DNA of 63,941 nucleotides, the filler included, from Craspedostauros australis (taxonomy: Eukaryota), in NCBI GenBank assembly GCA_030167865.1. It is 17 parts of 17 records of this genome, joined end to end, with 100 filler letters (N's around TTAATTAATTAA, not from the genome) between each part and the next. Parts side by side here need not be neighbours in the genome. Positions count along the whole stretch, not along the records: positions 32,590 to 34,510 come from JALAGF010000194.1; positions 34,611 to 47,225 come from JALAGF010000195.1; 15 more parts are not named here. One strand, 5' to 3'. The notes under the pieces are model-generated. The model searched no databases. It worked only from the letters and a program-made list of their open reading frames with translations, and was not told the origin of the DNA. This document shows positions 32,590 to 44,429 of this stretch, in pieces; position 1 is the first letter of the stretch; every line of letters starts with the position of its first letter. The translations under genes were made by a program, and so were the position numbers.

Positions 32590-34510
32590 CGGTCTTGTGG
32601 CGTGTGGGTCCATGGATGATGAAGTCATCACAGTGGGCCCACACGAGAGCGGCGGGCAATCCGTCGGATCCGATGGCCACAAGTCCCTGTCCTCTGGTAT
32701 GGTCATAGTCCAGGCCTTGATCGAATGCGGTCCACCACATATTAGAGCGTTGAGTGCCTTGGTATATCGGAGAATGCTCGCGTAGTCGTCGGAGGAAAGC
32801 GGTTCCTAGCCTGCATGCGATAGCCGGTGATTGGCTAGATCCCATGGGCAGCCCAGCATACTGGTACATTTTTCCCGAAATCGGATGTTGGATGCCGAGA
32901 AATCGCCTTTCGTCAGGACGCGTTCGAAATTGGTAAAAATACTTCGAAGCATCCACCACCGCCGACCATCCACCGTGATACATTTGTTTCAAAATGTCGC
33001 GGCTTTTTGGAAAAATGGTCGGATCGGCCCCAATGAACTCGTTGGTGCGGTTTTCTCGCATGTTGGCGATGATGCGCCATTGATCGGGCTGCATGGGTTT
33101 CGGTAGAGCAAAGAGTGGAGCATTGACGACCACTGGATGAAGTGGGTCTTGCGGCTCGACGACGCCGAGGCTGAGCAGCTCGTCGACGAAGTCTGCCGCC
33201 ACCTGTTGTTGCTCAGCGGTCATGTCGGTGTTATCATGGTGTCCTGATTCCGGAGTGCCCAGAAAATTCATCGGGATCCCTTCTCGTAGATGGTCCCAGT
33301 GTTGCTGAGGGAATTCCCACCAGAGTACTCGTAGCTGTTTGGGATCGGGGTGTGTGTCCGTGTAGTTGGTGCGGTGAACGCGTAGGTCGTCGAGTCCATC
33401 CTCGAGTAGCGAAGCGGATCGTTCTCCGTACCGCGCACAAGCCTGCCGCAGGTTGCCCACACGGCGCCGATGCCAATCGCTGCTGGGAGAGAGGTCGGGT
33501 GGGGACCATTGATATTGGGAGTCGCCGTTGTTGTCCTCGGAGATGGTTGGCTGGGTCTGTCTTCGTCGTCTTTGTCGTCGTCGTTGTCGTTCTGTCGCTG
33601 GTGTCGTAGGCTGGGAGTGTTCGGAGTGCTGATGTACATGGCGGGCCAAGTCCATCAGCGGTGTGGAGAGGTACTCCAGCAGATGTTGTGACGGAGTGTG
33701 GAAAAGCACTCGCCATTTCGCCTGCTTCAGCACCTCTCCGGGGAGCGAGCTGCCCAGGGCTTTCCCTANCTCGTCTGGAAAGAGGCGTCGGACGCCTCTA
33801 TCCGTCTGAATGAGGGCAAGCCGGTCCATTGGCATCGCAGATGTTGCGCTGTCGACGACCGGCTGGGCGTTACTCTTTGTTATGTAGCATCTTTGCGGAA
33901 CTCCGCAGTGACGAAGACAGTTCGCCATGCTTCGTTCGGATGCGGGTTGGAGGTCTGGCCAGTCGATGTCAGATGCCGTCCACGTTGTTGCCGCCCTCAC
34001 CACCACCGTATAAATCACCGATACCGCTCCACCCATTCGTTGGTTGGGGAGGGCCTTGATCTGTGTTCCGTAACCGAGGTCCGTCCAGAGCTTGCACTCC
34101 CGTTTGGAGGCCGCATGTTGTATCCACCCCAGGTGGGGTCCTGTCCATATCTCGATGACTAGCCGAGGTCGTAGGTTGACTTGGCAGTGGAGCACCCAGC
34201 TACGCCATTCCGTATTCTGGACCCCATGGGCGACCAGAAAGTCCACCGGAAGTTCGTTCAGAATCCGGTGGGACACTCTTGCCGTCGACCCAAGGAATCG
34301 GGTCGAGTCCGGGTACGTTCGAAGCGTGTGGGGCAAGCCGTCGTCATGTGTGCAAAGGACATGCTCGAAAGCGGGCCAGATGCTGCTGGTCATGTGGAGA
34401 CCGAAGTTCAGTGTCGCGTAGCGCAGTGAACAGGTAGAGGACGTGGGGAGTTGTTTCGTGGATAATGCAACGATATCTGCTAAGTTAGAGCTTAGTAGTA
34501 TGTCGCTCGG
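32590..34510 (-). CDS. DIRS/tyrosine-recombinase retrotransposon polyprotein fragment: degenerate C5-methyltransferase-like domain plus RT (open at both contig ends)
   Basis: RT motifs FVDELL.LGV, PLFALPK, WRIIANM, VDASKYFYQF, GLPMG..SP and WAHCDDF. The frame stays open from 34393 up to the contig edge. Confidence 0.82.
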
Positions 34511-34640
34511 NNNNNNNNNNNNNNNNNNNNNNNNNNNNNNNNNNNNNNNNNNNNTTAATTAATTAANNNNNNNNNNNNNNNNNNNNNNNNNNNNNNNNNN
34601 NNNNNNNNNNAAAGCGCTCGTCTTTCGCGACGCACTGAAC

Positions 34641-35291
34641 ATGGGGCAAGGAGAGCTACCACACGACCACACCGCAGAATTGAAAGACCAGACCACGGAA
34701 GCCGAAATCCCCCAACTCGCGGTGAAGGGCTGGGCAGTGAAAACAACGCGCAGCAACGCGGAGTTACCACGGTACGTACTGCAGAAATTGGATGAAATGA
34801 GCACCGCCGCCAAAAAGGACCCGAAAAATCGACCAACAGAACACGAAGCGCACCGCCGATTGATGGAGCTGGAGGGAACAGAGACTGATTGGTTCACGCA
34901 ATTGCACGGAAGTCCAATGCGCGTGAAATCGTACCTGACTGCGGCGTACTACAGCTCACAACGCGACGCCAAGAAAACAGCCGCGGCATCAGGTACGACC
35001 GACAACAACACCAAAATGGCATCAGCATCATCACCATCACCAACAGCAACAGCAACTGCTATGGAACGTACAGGTACGAAACCATCCGAAAAGCAGAAGA
35101 GCGAAGAAGAGATGGAGGAAGAGGAAGAGATGGAAGAAGAGGATAGAGAGAATAGGATGTGGTGCGAGGCCAACACCACGAGGAGACACGCGGAGAATGA
35201 AGAGATGGTCCCCGAAGACGTGAGGGAAGCGATTCGGACGAGGATGAGAAGGAGACTGAAGGCGAAAATGGATCAACAAAATAAGGACTAA
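34641..35291 (+). CDS. Partial hypothetical protein; possibly a DNA-transposase C-terminal helical domain
   Basis: 216-aa ORF near the contig edge. The GWAVK...L.EM...R.KSYL pattern resembles C-termini of some DNA-transposon proteins, followed by an acidic tail. No catalytic motif is visible. Confidence 0.3.
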   Translation: MGQGELPHDHTAELKDQTTEAEIPQLAVKGWAVKTTRSNAELPRYVLQKLDEMSTAAKKDPKNRPTEHEAHRRLMELEGTETDWFTQLHGSPMRVKSYLTAAYYSSQRDAKKTAAASGTTDNNTKMASASSPSPTATATAMERTGTKPSEKQKSEEEMEEEEEMEEEDRENRMWCEANTTRRHAENEEMVPEDVREAIRTRMRRRLKAKMDQQNKD

Positions 35292-36244
35292 TTAATTCAA
35301 AATGTGAACAAATTCGCCAAAACCAAGAACACGAACACGTTATTTTGGATCGAACTTGTCGTATGTCTATCGCCCAGTTTAGGAGTAGTCAAAAAATGCG
35401 CACATTGACGGGTCCATAAAACCTAAACTATGGACTTTAAGATTCTGGGTAATTTTCCTGTTGCTATGGACACTATAATGAGTTGATTGGTATGCTTAGT
35501 TTGGTTGTAATCGAAGAAAAAGTGCCACTCTACTTTACAAACGGTTGGTCGACTCACTCACATGGCTCATAGAGGATTGTCGGTGGCCTGCAATGTGAAT
35601 CAAGGTGGCAGTCGAAGTTCCTCTAAAGAACAGACTACTTCCACTTAGTGTGTCCAGTGTCGCACCATGAAATTGTTTTTGGCGTGTCAATTATGGCGCG
35701 AAACCCTCCACCTACAAATACGGAAATACCTCTTTTCCCTCAACCTTCCACTCTCATTCATGAATTATTGCGGACTCAAATCCCACTTAATTCACTGAAT
35801 TCAATGCACTCCAGGAACTATATGCTCCTCTGAACCCTTGTGTTACAGCTAATCTCGATTCCATTGTCAGCCATACCAGCTAACAACTCCACACGACAAC
35901 AACAAGGAGATCCACCCTGCTTCAACACAAGCAGGGAATCCAACTACAATTCCCGTCCCTTGACAACCTGTGTTCTCAACTACAACCTTAATCAAGATGT
36001 CAAGACTTTGTACTTGAACGTAGAACAACTATGACAGATAGTGGAGAAAGAGAGAGAGGGCTTGTCCGTTCTCAGCACTAAACCTCAGATGGTCAGTGCA
36101 GGGCCACACTATCCAATTGAACATCGTTTCTTCATCCTACATCTCAGACTGATTGACTCACAATGCAGACTATTCAATATAACAAATAGCACAACTCAAG
36201 ATCAGCACAACCATTCTAATCTACTCATTGTCACCTACAACTAT

Positions 36245-36447
36245 TGTTGGCAAGTTCCGTGATTGGAAGCCTACGATCGTGGAAGACAGTATTGGTTGAT
36301 AGTCGTTCGTTTGCTATTTCATTACGTTGGCACTCCGATCCTCTTGGTGTCCGTTCTCTTGCCCAATGCTCTCGGCACGTTTGTCTGTTTCGTAGATTGG
36401 GTCTCCAACTATGAGTCAGTACACAAGGTGCTCTCTCACTGCTATCA

Positions 36448-36485
<38 letters not shown>

Positions 36486-37052
36486 ATTTTGTGTTCGTGT
36501 TCCATGATACTCCGTGTTCGATGCGTACTCTGCACTCGACACTCCGTTTGTTCACTGCTGGTCCCTACTCCACGATTACTCACCACTTGAACTCCTCTTC
36601 GTGTAGCCATGATCTCGATGCCCTTCGGTCATCGAATCTTCACCTTCTGCTTCTGACATGGAGACAAATGTTGACATGGTGACATGATGACATCCTGTCC
36701 ACACCAGTAGGCGTCTTTCTGCTCCCCAGATGTCACGTTCCATTGGTGATGCAGCAGTCTGTCAGATGATATCGTCATCTGGGTTTAGCTGGGAGGTAGC
36801 TCGAGATTCTCTTGGTACCATTGATGGATGGACGGACGATGTTCTAATTCTCTCAGAAATCGTTGTTTGAAAATTTCCTCCAGACATTCTGCTCATTTTC
36901 ATGTGTTCCATTTCCACTGTAATTCTGACGAATCACAGCATACTATCGACACGAATGTAGTTGTACCGTCCAAGCGCGTATGAGAGAATAACGGGTGAAC
37001 GATGCACATATACACGTACATCTCGACATATACTCACATGTACATCTCGACA
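36245..37052 (-). repeat. Solo LTR, family B (~808 bp)
   Basis: Reverse-complement match to 29346-30144 across its length, with termini TGTCGAGA...GCCAACA. Confidence 0.9.
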
Positions 37053-37846
37053 ATCATTGATGCTCACCAGTTCTCAAGCTTGTGGGTTCTTCCTTGGGTA
37101 CGCCAATACTTTGTTTTTCTGGCTTGCACAACTTCTTTTTGGATGTGGGGTTTGGAGAGTTGGCCTGTGGAGCTTCTTCATCTTCGTTTTGTCGAGATGG
37201 ATGACCTTGACCTCCATGAATACCGTCCTTGCTGCAATCCACGCAGCTGTCACATGTGTGGATAGGATCTGTCCAATTTCCACATCGAAGAGGAGAAGAT
37301 GTTGGATGTTGCCAACAGTCGCACCATGATTTGCAACATCAGCAGGTTGGATTCTGTGGTTAGTTTGTTGTCGTACGCGTCGCTGAACAGCTGCTTCCAC
37401 TGTTCGAAGGATACCCCGTCCGCCAGATCGTCCTTCATCTCCTTTACAAAGTCAATGGGCTCGTCAAGCGCGCCCTCTTTCCCAGATGCATCTTGGAAAG
37501 GTTCCAAGCCCCATGTCATCAGGTTCCTCTTGCGGAGGTTGTTACCCCAACTTCTCTCGTGCTGATGACTCCAAGCGCAATGGTTCTCGTTTTCAGTGGG
37601 TTGCTTTTTGGCGTCTTGTTGCCTGGAGAGTCCCTGGACTGTCGCTTGCCACCTTGGCCTCCTTGTCCTGGACATCCTTGTGCCATGGTCGGCATCGATC
37701 GAGCGCTCTGGTTGACTTTGCCAGAGCCGTTTTGTGCGCCTGTGCGCACCAATGTCAAATATTTTGTTCTAGTACTGATTCTACAGGTTCTACGTGAGAA
37801 TTTTCATACTGGTCCTACGTACGTCATCAACTGTGGAAGAGCCACA
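37053..37846 (-). pseudogene. Decayed 5' end and ORF1 N-terminus of the second LINE family, truncated by LTR-B
   Basis: WSHQHERSWG..RNL...EPF...GKEGALDE..DAYDNKL, TAAWIAAR and YPRK..LVSIND match 9147-10299 but are split over several frames. The 5' UTR motif is shared. Confidence 0.85.
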
Positions 37847-39063
37847 GGACATTCTTTAGTATGCAAAATATAGCATTATTTCACACTAAGCTTAGTGTGT
37901 TAATACAAAGTCCTGCGCAACCTGCTTTGCTCCCATTGGACAGGGGATGCCGAGGTCATCTGCTGAGCTGTTGGCATGGTGCGGAAAGAGACTGGTGGCA
38001 GTGGTGTTGTTTTCCATGTTTTCGTGTTGTGATTCGTGTGCTTCCAGATTCATTGACTCCAAAATAGCAAGCCGAGAGGAGAGCAGATGAACAACAGCCA
38101 GCAGCCAGAGATGGCTGTTGGCGACAACGAGCAGAGAGGAGGTCCAAAGGAACAGAGAATAGATCTGAAACGAGGACAAGGCCGCAATAAGAGTACGCAT
38201 ATGGAGGGAAGGCAGTGTGTGCTGATTGGGACATGGACAAAGATCGACTTCCTGGGACATAAACGGCAGCAGAACCGAGAACAAGACAGTGTGAAAGTCA
38301 AGCTGGTGGTCAAGATCTGGATTACCCACTAACCCACAACTCTGAATTTTGACAACTGATCCATGGCTCAGATGAATCAGCATCCTCGGCATGCCTACCG
38401 CTGCCACGCAATCCTCAACATTTCTTCGAAACCAACCGCCCCACCAACGCATAATGTGAGTGTGTCGATGATGGGCACGACTGGACATCTAATTGAAGCA
38501 CGACTGGCGTTTCCAAACCCAAATGCACGTCTACGTCCGCATGTCCAACGTGTCTAGAAATAGACTAATGCGAAAAATATAAACTTTTTAACTACAAGGA
38601 TCAGGAGCTTTTAACTTAACCCATATACTATCTACAACATAATAGGATGATTTAAGTAAGAATATTAAAAATCCGCATTTGTATACGATCGTATCCTGAA
38701 TGGGGTCGTATGTGGAGAAGCCGTATCCGTGATTCATTTCTTGAACTTGGCATGTCAATCCTTTGGCGAACTGAGCATCAAGACCAACAGAAAGTATCAC
38801 CAATGGCTTTTCCGCTCCCCTTCATCGGCCTTTGTGAAGGCAAGACCCCATGTTGTTCCGCCCTCTCTGGCGCCTTTGTCACCTCTGGTGCTGGTATTAG
38901 TATTAGTATTGGTGTTGGTACTGGTACTGGTGGCGAGACGCCCACAAAAGTGTCGTGGGCAACAACACCATCACTACCAGCGGCGTGCAAAAGATGCCCA
39001 TCACATCTCCGTCCTCAGAAGAAAGGCGCCACAAAAATACGAGATCCGCTTTCTTCCCGAAAC

Positions 39064-40917
39064 ATGGAGACATCAAACGTGAGCAAAGATGGAAGCGCAG
39101 AGGAGGGCGCTCATGTTGCCGAATCAGCCCCACCGAGTCATGGAGGTTGTAGGAGGGTGGACACTGATGACGTCGATGTGCCGCAAGGACCCCCTCTCAG
39201 GGCGGGGGCATCTGCAACATTGACAGCCTCAGCGCCTCGGCCGTCGAGTGACGCTGTTGGCAATGTGCGAATAGGGCCGTCCAGTATAGACCACTCTGGC
39301 CACATATCGAGCCACAATACTGCGTATCCAGAGCTTCACATCAAGCACGAACAATCCAGCGGGACATTTGATCCTGCAGGCAACCGACTGCCAGACTCTT
39401 CTCGCGATGCATCAATGCTCCACATGGTGGCAACACTGAAAGGACAAAATCATGACAACTCGTGCAACGCCGCGAGAACAAAGGGTCGGCGGTCCGACAA
39501 GCAGAGGAAAGCAAGTGGATCGAAAGCTGAAGCAGCAGCACAGGTTGATGCGGAAGGCACCAATCCAATGCAGCAACGCCCAGGAGCTGTCTCCATTTCT
39601 GGCAGGCAGCCGAACACACACGATAGAAATGATGAAGAATTTCCATCAGCGGCAGGTAACGCGGAGGCACAGACCTCGGTTGACGACAACGTCAATTCGC
39701 TGAACGTAATCGAAGCAACGATGGTCCCGGAAAGTCTCGCGGAGACTCAGTCATCCGACATCGAGGCGTTGGAGGAAGAGTTGAGACATTATCGCAATCA
39801 GCAGACTGTGTTTGCCACGGTCTTGGCAAAGGACCTAGCCCTGGAGCCCGTGTCAGATGGGGCGGAGCCTGAGGCCGACCCAGAATCGGAACCAGCATCA
39901 AAGCAGAAGAGCCGATATCTCTGGCCTCTGCTCTGCGTGGCGATTGTGATCATCATAGTTGCGGCTGTTGTCGTCCCATTCTTTGTGACGAGCGGAGGCA
40001 GCGACAACAGCGGTAGCAACAACAACAACAACAACAGCAACAACAACAACAACAACAACGAGGAAGAGGGAAGCATCGACATGCCCACTTTGTCCCCTGC
40101 CTCCCAACCCATGGCTGGATCAACTGAAGCGCCAGCACCAACGCCGACAGCTGGCCCGACAAATGCACAAGGAAAGCACATGCCAACCGTGGAACCATCT
40201 CCAGACTTCTCATCTGCTCCATTGTCGTTCCCCCCTGCATTCACAAGCCCGCACGGCGACTGGACTTTCCATCAATCAGCCGAATCAGCATTCATTGGCT
40301 CGATTGGTCTCTCAGCTCGGGCAGAATCGATGATGTTGTGCCAGCAACTTTGCGATACATCCGACTACACGGCAATGGCATACGACGAGGACTTGTATGT
40401 CTATGAATCAACCCAAGTCGATTCCAACTGCCACTGCTTCACGAACGTGGAGTGTCTTGTGGAGTACAATGGCTTCATCGACTATCACGAGCGATCATCC
40501 ACCGTAATGTACACACGAGAGGAACACTCGATCTGCGTTGGTATCCAATTCTGTGATGTCTACCCGGACAGCTTCATGTGCTACGTCGATGCAGGATACG
40601 AAGCCTCAGAGTTCACCATCGAAGGCGAAAGTCTCCGGTGGATAAACTCCGCCTCTGCGACATGGGAGAGTGAATGCATTCATTTCTGTGCCAGCCCGGA
40701 GGTCGACGTCATCGATTTTGAGACATACCAAGGCGGCTTGCAGGGAGACAATTGCAACTGCTATGGCAGTTTAGACTGCTTCCTACCTTGGGGTGATCGG
40801 GCGGATGCAGGATTTATTACCTTCAGAAGCTTCTTCACCAAACTCAACAGCACCTTTGGAACCTGCGACTCCGAATTCTGCGATCTCTATCCCCAAGAGG
40901 ACATCTGCGCCATCTAG
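39064..40917 (+). CDS. Single-pass (type II) membrane protein with P/T stalk and two Cys-rich extracellular repeats; likely start METSNV, frame open from 38710
   Basis: PGAV..EAT.V cytosolic motifs common in diatom membrane proteins, TM helix LWPLLCVAIVIIIVAAVVVPFFV, poly-Asn, PT.SP repeats, and a duplicated C...C..NCxC(F/Y)...C..FCD.YP..C module. Confidence 0.75.
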   Translation: METSNVSKDGSAEEGAHVAESAPPSHGGCRRVDTDDVDVPQGPPLRAGASATLTASAPRPSSDAVGNVRIGPSSIDHSGHISSHNTAYPELHIKHEQSSGTFDPAGNRLPDSSRDASMLHMVATLKGQNHDNSCNAARTKGRRSDKQRKASGSKAEAAAQVDAEGTNPMQQRPGAVSISGRQPNTHDRNDEEFPSAAGNAEAQTSVDDNVNSLNVIEATMVPESLAETQSSDIEALEEELRHYRNQQTVFATVLAKDLALEPVSDGAEPEADPESEPASKQKSRYLWPLLCVAIVIIIVAAVVVPFFVTSGGSDNSGSNNNNNNSNNNNNNNEEEGSIDMPTLSPASQPMAGSTEAPAPTPTAGPTNAQGKHMPTVEPSPDFSSAPLSFPPAFTSPHGDWTFHQSAESAFIGSIGLSARAESMMLCQQLCDTSDYTAMAYDEDLYVYESTQVDSNCHCFTNVECLVEYNGFIDYHERSSTVMYTREEHSICVGIQFCDVYPDSFMCYVDAGYEASEFTIEGESLRWINSASATWESECIHFCASPEVDVIDFETYQGGLQGDNCNCYGSLDCFLPWGDRADAGFITFRSFFTKLNSTFGTCDSEFCDLYPQEDICAI

Positions 40918-41422
40918 GAAACGACCTCCAGTACTGGCACCGCAGGTGTTGGCGACTTCAACGCCTGAACTGGCCTCGCATCGTGGACTCAATCATCATC
41001 TTTGCATGCAGAATGGACTATTTGTATTTTCATTAGCTGAGTACCATAGTCGTACATATTTTCGTCATGTACGAGTAGACAGTCTCATCATTGTGCATGC
41101 ACGAGCATGGTATAATAGTTACATGGAAGTGTCGTCACGCTTAGCTTTGCTTCGCTCCACTCGCTTGGCCCTCGTCACGTTACTGAGCCTTTCGCCATTA
41201 CCGCATGCGTACGATCTATTCGTTCCTACGCAGCAGACCACGCAGAGAGCAGCTGCTTCCTGGTGTGTGCGAGGAAGAGTCTCGTACTACTGCATCAATG
41301 CACTCGTCACATTCTTCGACAGGGCCAAGACAGAACGGACGAACACTAACCTTCCAGCAATTGTGGAGTAAGTATGGTACGAATACGATATGTTACCACG
41401 CTACACCCATGGTCATATTATA

Positions 41423-43357
41423 CTAAATTTCATTTGGAAAATCCACCACAACACCAATGGGTCTTGCGCTGCTGTCAAATGATGTCCCCGTTTCCGCCGC
41501 TCCTGCTTCCCCAGCTGGCGTGGCTGATCCCAAATCGAACGGATCTGTGTAGTAGCATGGATGTGAACTTTCCAAGCTAGACTCGTTGGTGGCGAACGTC
41601 GCGGCATCATCCCTGCGGCTCGTCCCGCATGCAATCGCGGCGAACGATGAAGATGCTTGCCTCCCCTTGCCTTGACGTTGGTATTCATCCCGCTTCCGTT
41701 GATCTTGCACCACGCGCCGTTGCGACGAACACAGAAGGCGATTCAGCTTCCACCCACGGCGTGCATTCGTTGGCGTACCTATCTGCTCTCGCAGTACGGG
41801 AGCCGTGGTATCGTCGACACTTGATTGCACGCTGGAAGCCGCGTCATCCAGCAAACTCAGCTGTGTCGCTCGAAAGAAGGCAATGTCGCGATCCTTACTG
41901 CGCGTCGGGCTGGGTGCGGCCGCCTGCGTCGCAGAGGCGTACCCGAAGGAATCGCGATTTGCCTCTTCAGCTGGCGACGCGCGAGCAGCGGAGTGTTCGG
42001 ACCGCGACAGCACGGACGCCACCAATCTGGATGGCTTTCGATTCGGTGACGTTCGCAGCGACGTGTTGACAAGGTTGTCAAGCTGTTCGCATTCCTTGTC
42101 GAAGTAAGCGTCCATGTTCTCGAGACGCTGTTCCCGGTTCCTTCGAATCTGCGCGAGACGTTGCTTGTAGCTGCTGAGATTGTGGCTCAGGTTCCGCAGC
42201 GATAGGTTCTGATCGAATGGAATTGCGACGGCCGATGTTGCAGTTGGTATTCCCTGTTCGACCTGAGATGCGGGTTGCATTGGCTGGAATGAATCCGGTG
42301 GCGCTGCGGCTTGAAGACTGTGGGATTGAGACGGAGATGGCGCCTGGATCTGCACCGGTTGGTGAGGTCGCTGCTGATGTTGGCTGACGTATCCGCATGG
42401 CGAAGGCTCAGCCGTGATGTCGAGATGGGACGCCATGTGCTTCCTGTTGATGCGAGAACCAAAGCTCCCACCCTCGTCGTCCTCCTCCGACGATGAGAAG
42501 ATCAGCCGTGGCGGCGAGAGAGACGGGCATGGAGACGGCGACGGTTCTGCTGCTGCGTTGCAGGACGCAGTCGATCTGACTCTTGCGCTGGCAAAGCTGT
42601 CGCTCCGAGTCGGTTCCAACGGGACCTCGCTGCTCTGGGTTGTCCGGTATTCCTCCATCCCTTCACCGCTGTCCCGCGGTTGGTGGGAGGATGGGTTGGA
42701 CAGTATCTCCTGCTGAAGCATCTGCGCACCACGGATGATCGAGTTGTCTGACTGCCTGTTGCTTCGACTGCGCGAGCGCCGCCTGCTCCTCGATCGCGAA
42801 GCAGAGGATGACGACCTGCGCAGTTCGTAAGATACCCCTTCTTCGACTGTCATGGTGCGCCCCCTTCCTATGGCCACAGCCGCGCTTCTGCTTGCAGCAC
42901 TGCCCGCAGCACTGATCGTTCCACGTTCGACAATCGATGGAGAGGAATGAGAGGAGTGCATTCGCGTGGACGACTGGATGGAGAGAGCGCGAAGGTCGTC
43001 GAGGGCCAGCTTGGTTGCGGCGCCACCACCATTGTCACTAACTTCGTCAATGTCACCGACGTCGCCAACGTCACCAATGTCACCAATGTCACCAATGTCA
43101 CCAATGTCACCATTGTCACCAACACCATCGCCAAAAGCACCTGTAACATCTGGAACAGCAACAACAGCAGGATCGTCGAGATGGAGAATGCCGCTGGTTG
43201 CACCAATGCCATCACCAAAAACATCGAAGCCTCTCTGTTGTTGCCGTTGCTGCCGCTCCGGATGCTGCTCGGCCTCCTCCCTTTCTTCCAACTCCATTCC
43301 AGAGTACTGCTCCCTTTCGTCCATCATCGCCACCATCGCCAGATTTTCGGCTTTCAT
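41423..43357 (-). CDS. Low-complexity Ser/Arg/Gln-rich hypothetical protein
   Basis: 644-aa ORF with (GDI/GDV)n repeat, RS-rich segment and a short coiled coil. No recognisable domain, and exon structure is uncertain. Confidence 0.5.
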   Translation of the reverse strand: MKAENLAMVAMMDEREQYSGMELEEREEAEQHPERQQRQQQRGFDVFGDGIGATSGILHLDDPAVVAVPDVTGAFGDGVGDNGDIGDIGDIGDIGDVGDVGDIDEVSDNGGGAATKLALDDLRALSIQSSTRMHSSHSSPSIVERGTISAAGSAASRSAAVAIGRGRTMTVEEGVSYELRRSSSSASRSRSRRRSRSRSNRQSDNSIIRGAQMLQQEILSNPSSHQPRDSGEGMEEYRTTQSSEVPLEPTRSDSFASARVRSTASCNAAAEPSPSPCPSLSPPRLIFSSSEEDDEGGSFGSRINRKHMASHLDITAEPSPCGYVSQHQQRPHQPVQIQAPSPSQSHSLQAAAPPDSFQPMQPASQVEQGIPTATSAVAIPFDQNLSLRNLSHNLSSYKQRLAQIRRNREQRLENMDAYFDKECEQLDNLVNTSLRTSPNRKPSRLVASVLSRSEHSAARASPAEEANRDSFGYASATQAAAPSPTRSKDRDIAFFRATQLSLLDDAASSVQSSVDDTTAPVLREQIGTPTNARRGWKLNRLLCSSQRRVVQDQRKRDEYQRQGKGRQASSSFAAIACGTSRRDDAATFATNESSLESSHPCYYTDPFDLGSATPAGEAGAAETGTSFDSSARPIGVVVDFPNEI

Positions 43358-44429
43358 CTTTTATGCCAGGAAGGCTGTTGCTGTTGCCAAATCGAAGGCC
43401 ATTGCACAGATGGCCACCGTTTTCGTCCAGTCTCCTTCACTTTATTGGCAATGCCGCTCTCACGTCAGTGAACGGAGGTCTCGTTCCTGTTTGGAATGTG
43501 GTCGGAAAAATGAGGCACATGTTGTTATGCATGATTAAATTTTGGCGCGTGTTTCACGTTTATCCGTTCTGGTGATGGACATACGAATCTCGTGTACTCG
43601 TTCATCCATCTGTTCTGCCGGTGATTGTCGCAGCGACTGTCGCGGACGTTGAAGAGAGGTTGTTCGAAAAGGACTTGTGCTTTCGCGAAACTTGTCGCGG
43701 GCAGTTGTGTGGAGCAACATCACAAAACAAGTGATGTGCCGCCCTTTTGTCATGATGGCAACACCATTGAACAACATCTCGCGCCCATGGAGTCCGCGTG
43801 AGGTGGTGCACAATCTCTCTCCTCGAGATCTCTTGGGTCGGCATTGGAGTGAAGCGTCACGCGATGGGCATGAAGCACGAGTATGAGCTGCGAGCGAGAG
43901 CACCGCTCATCGTCGTCTTCGGTGGGCACTTGTTCCTCTCTCTCTCTCTCTCTCTCTCTGGAGGTGTATCTCGATCGTAGGAATCCAGCACTATCCTCGT
44001 TGCAGCCACAGCGCTCGTGTCAGCATGATACCATACCAGCACGCGCACGAAGTCTGATGAACCATCTGACATCGGCACAGAACAATGACAACGAATCCCA
44101 GCCTTTCGTGTCTCTCATTGTTGCAGGCAGCCAGCCGAGTTGCTCTCTCCGGAGATGGCTGGGGAGAGCACCATACGTACGTACAATGGCCCATCGAGCA
44201 CAATACTTGCACATGTGGACAGCACGCCAGAACAAATCGGTCACCACAGACCCCCCATTCATTTCTTCATTTCCTGTTGTGGCATACCATACGTGCGTCT
44301 TCCAAAATCATGTGCTGTGCTAAAATTGTGTTATGGATACTTACTCCAAATATTCTTCCTCCCCCCAGTTTCTTTCAAATCTTCTTCTTCTGTGCTTGTG
44401 CGATCGATCTGTCACCCTTGTCGTTGCTC

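Noticed and set aside
35425..35445. GGACT-TTAA as a DNA-transposon terminus with a TTAA target site
   Set aside because: The other end is not on the contig, and a single TTAA is expected by chance.
35840..36244. Two same-frame ORFs split by TGA, a possible pseudogene cut by LTR-B
   Set aside because: No recognisable homology, so a product cannot be supported.
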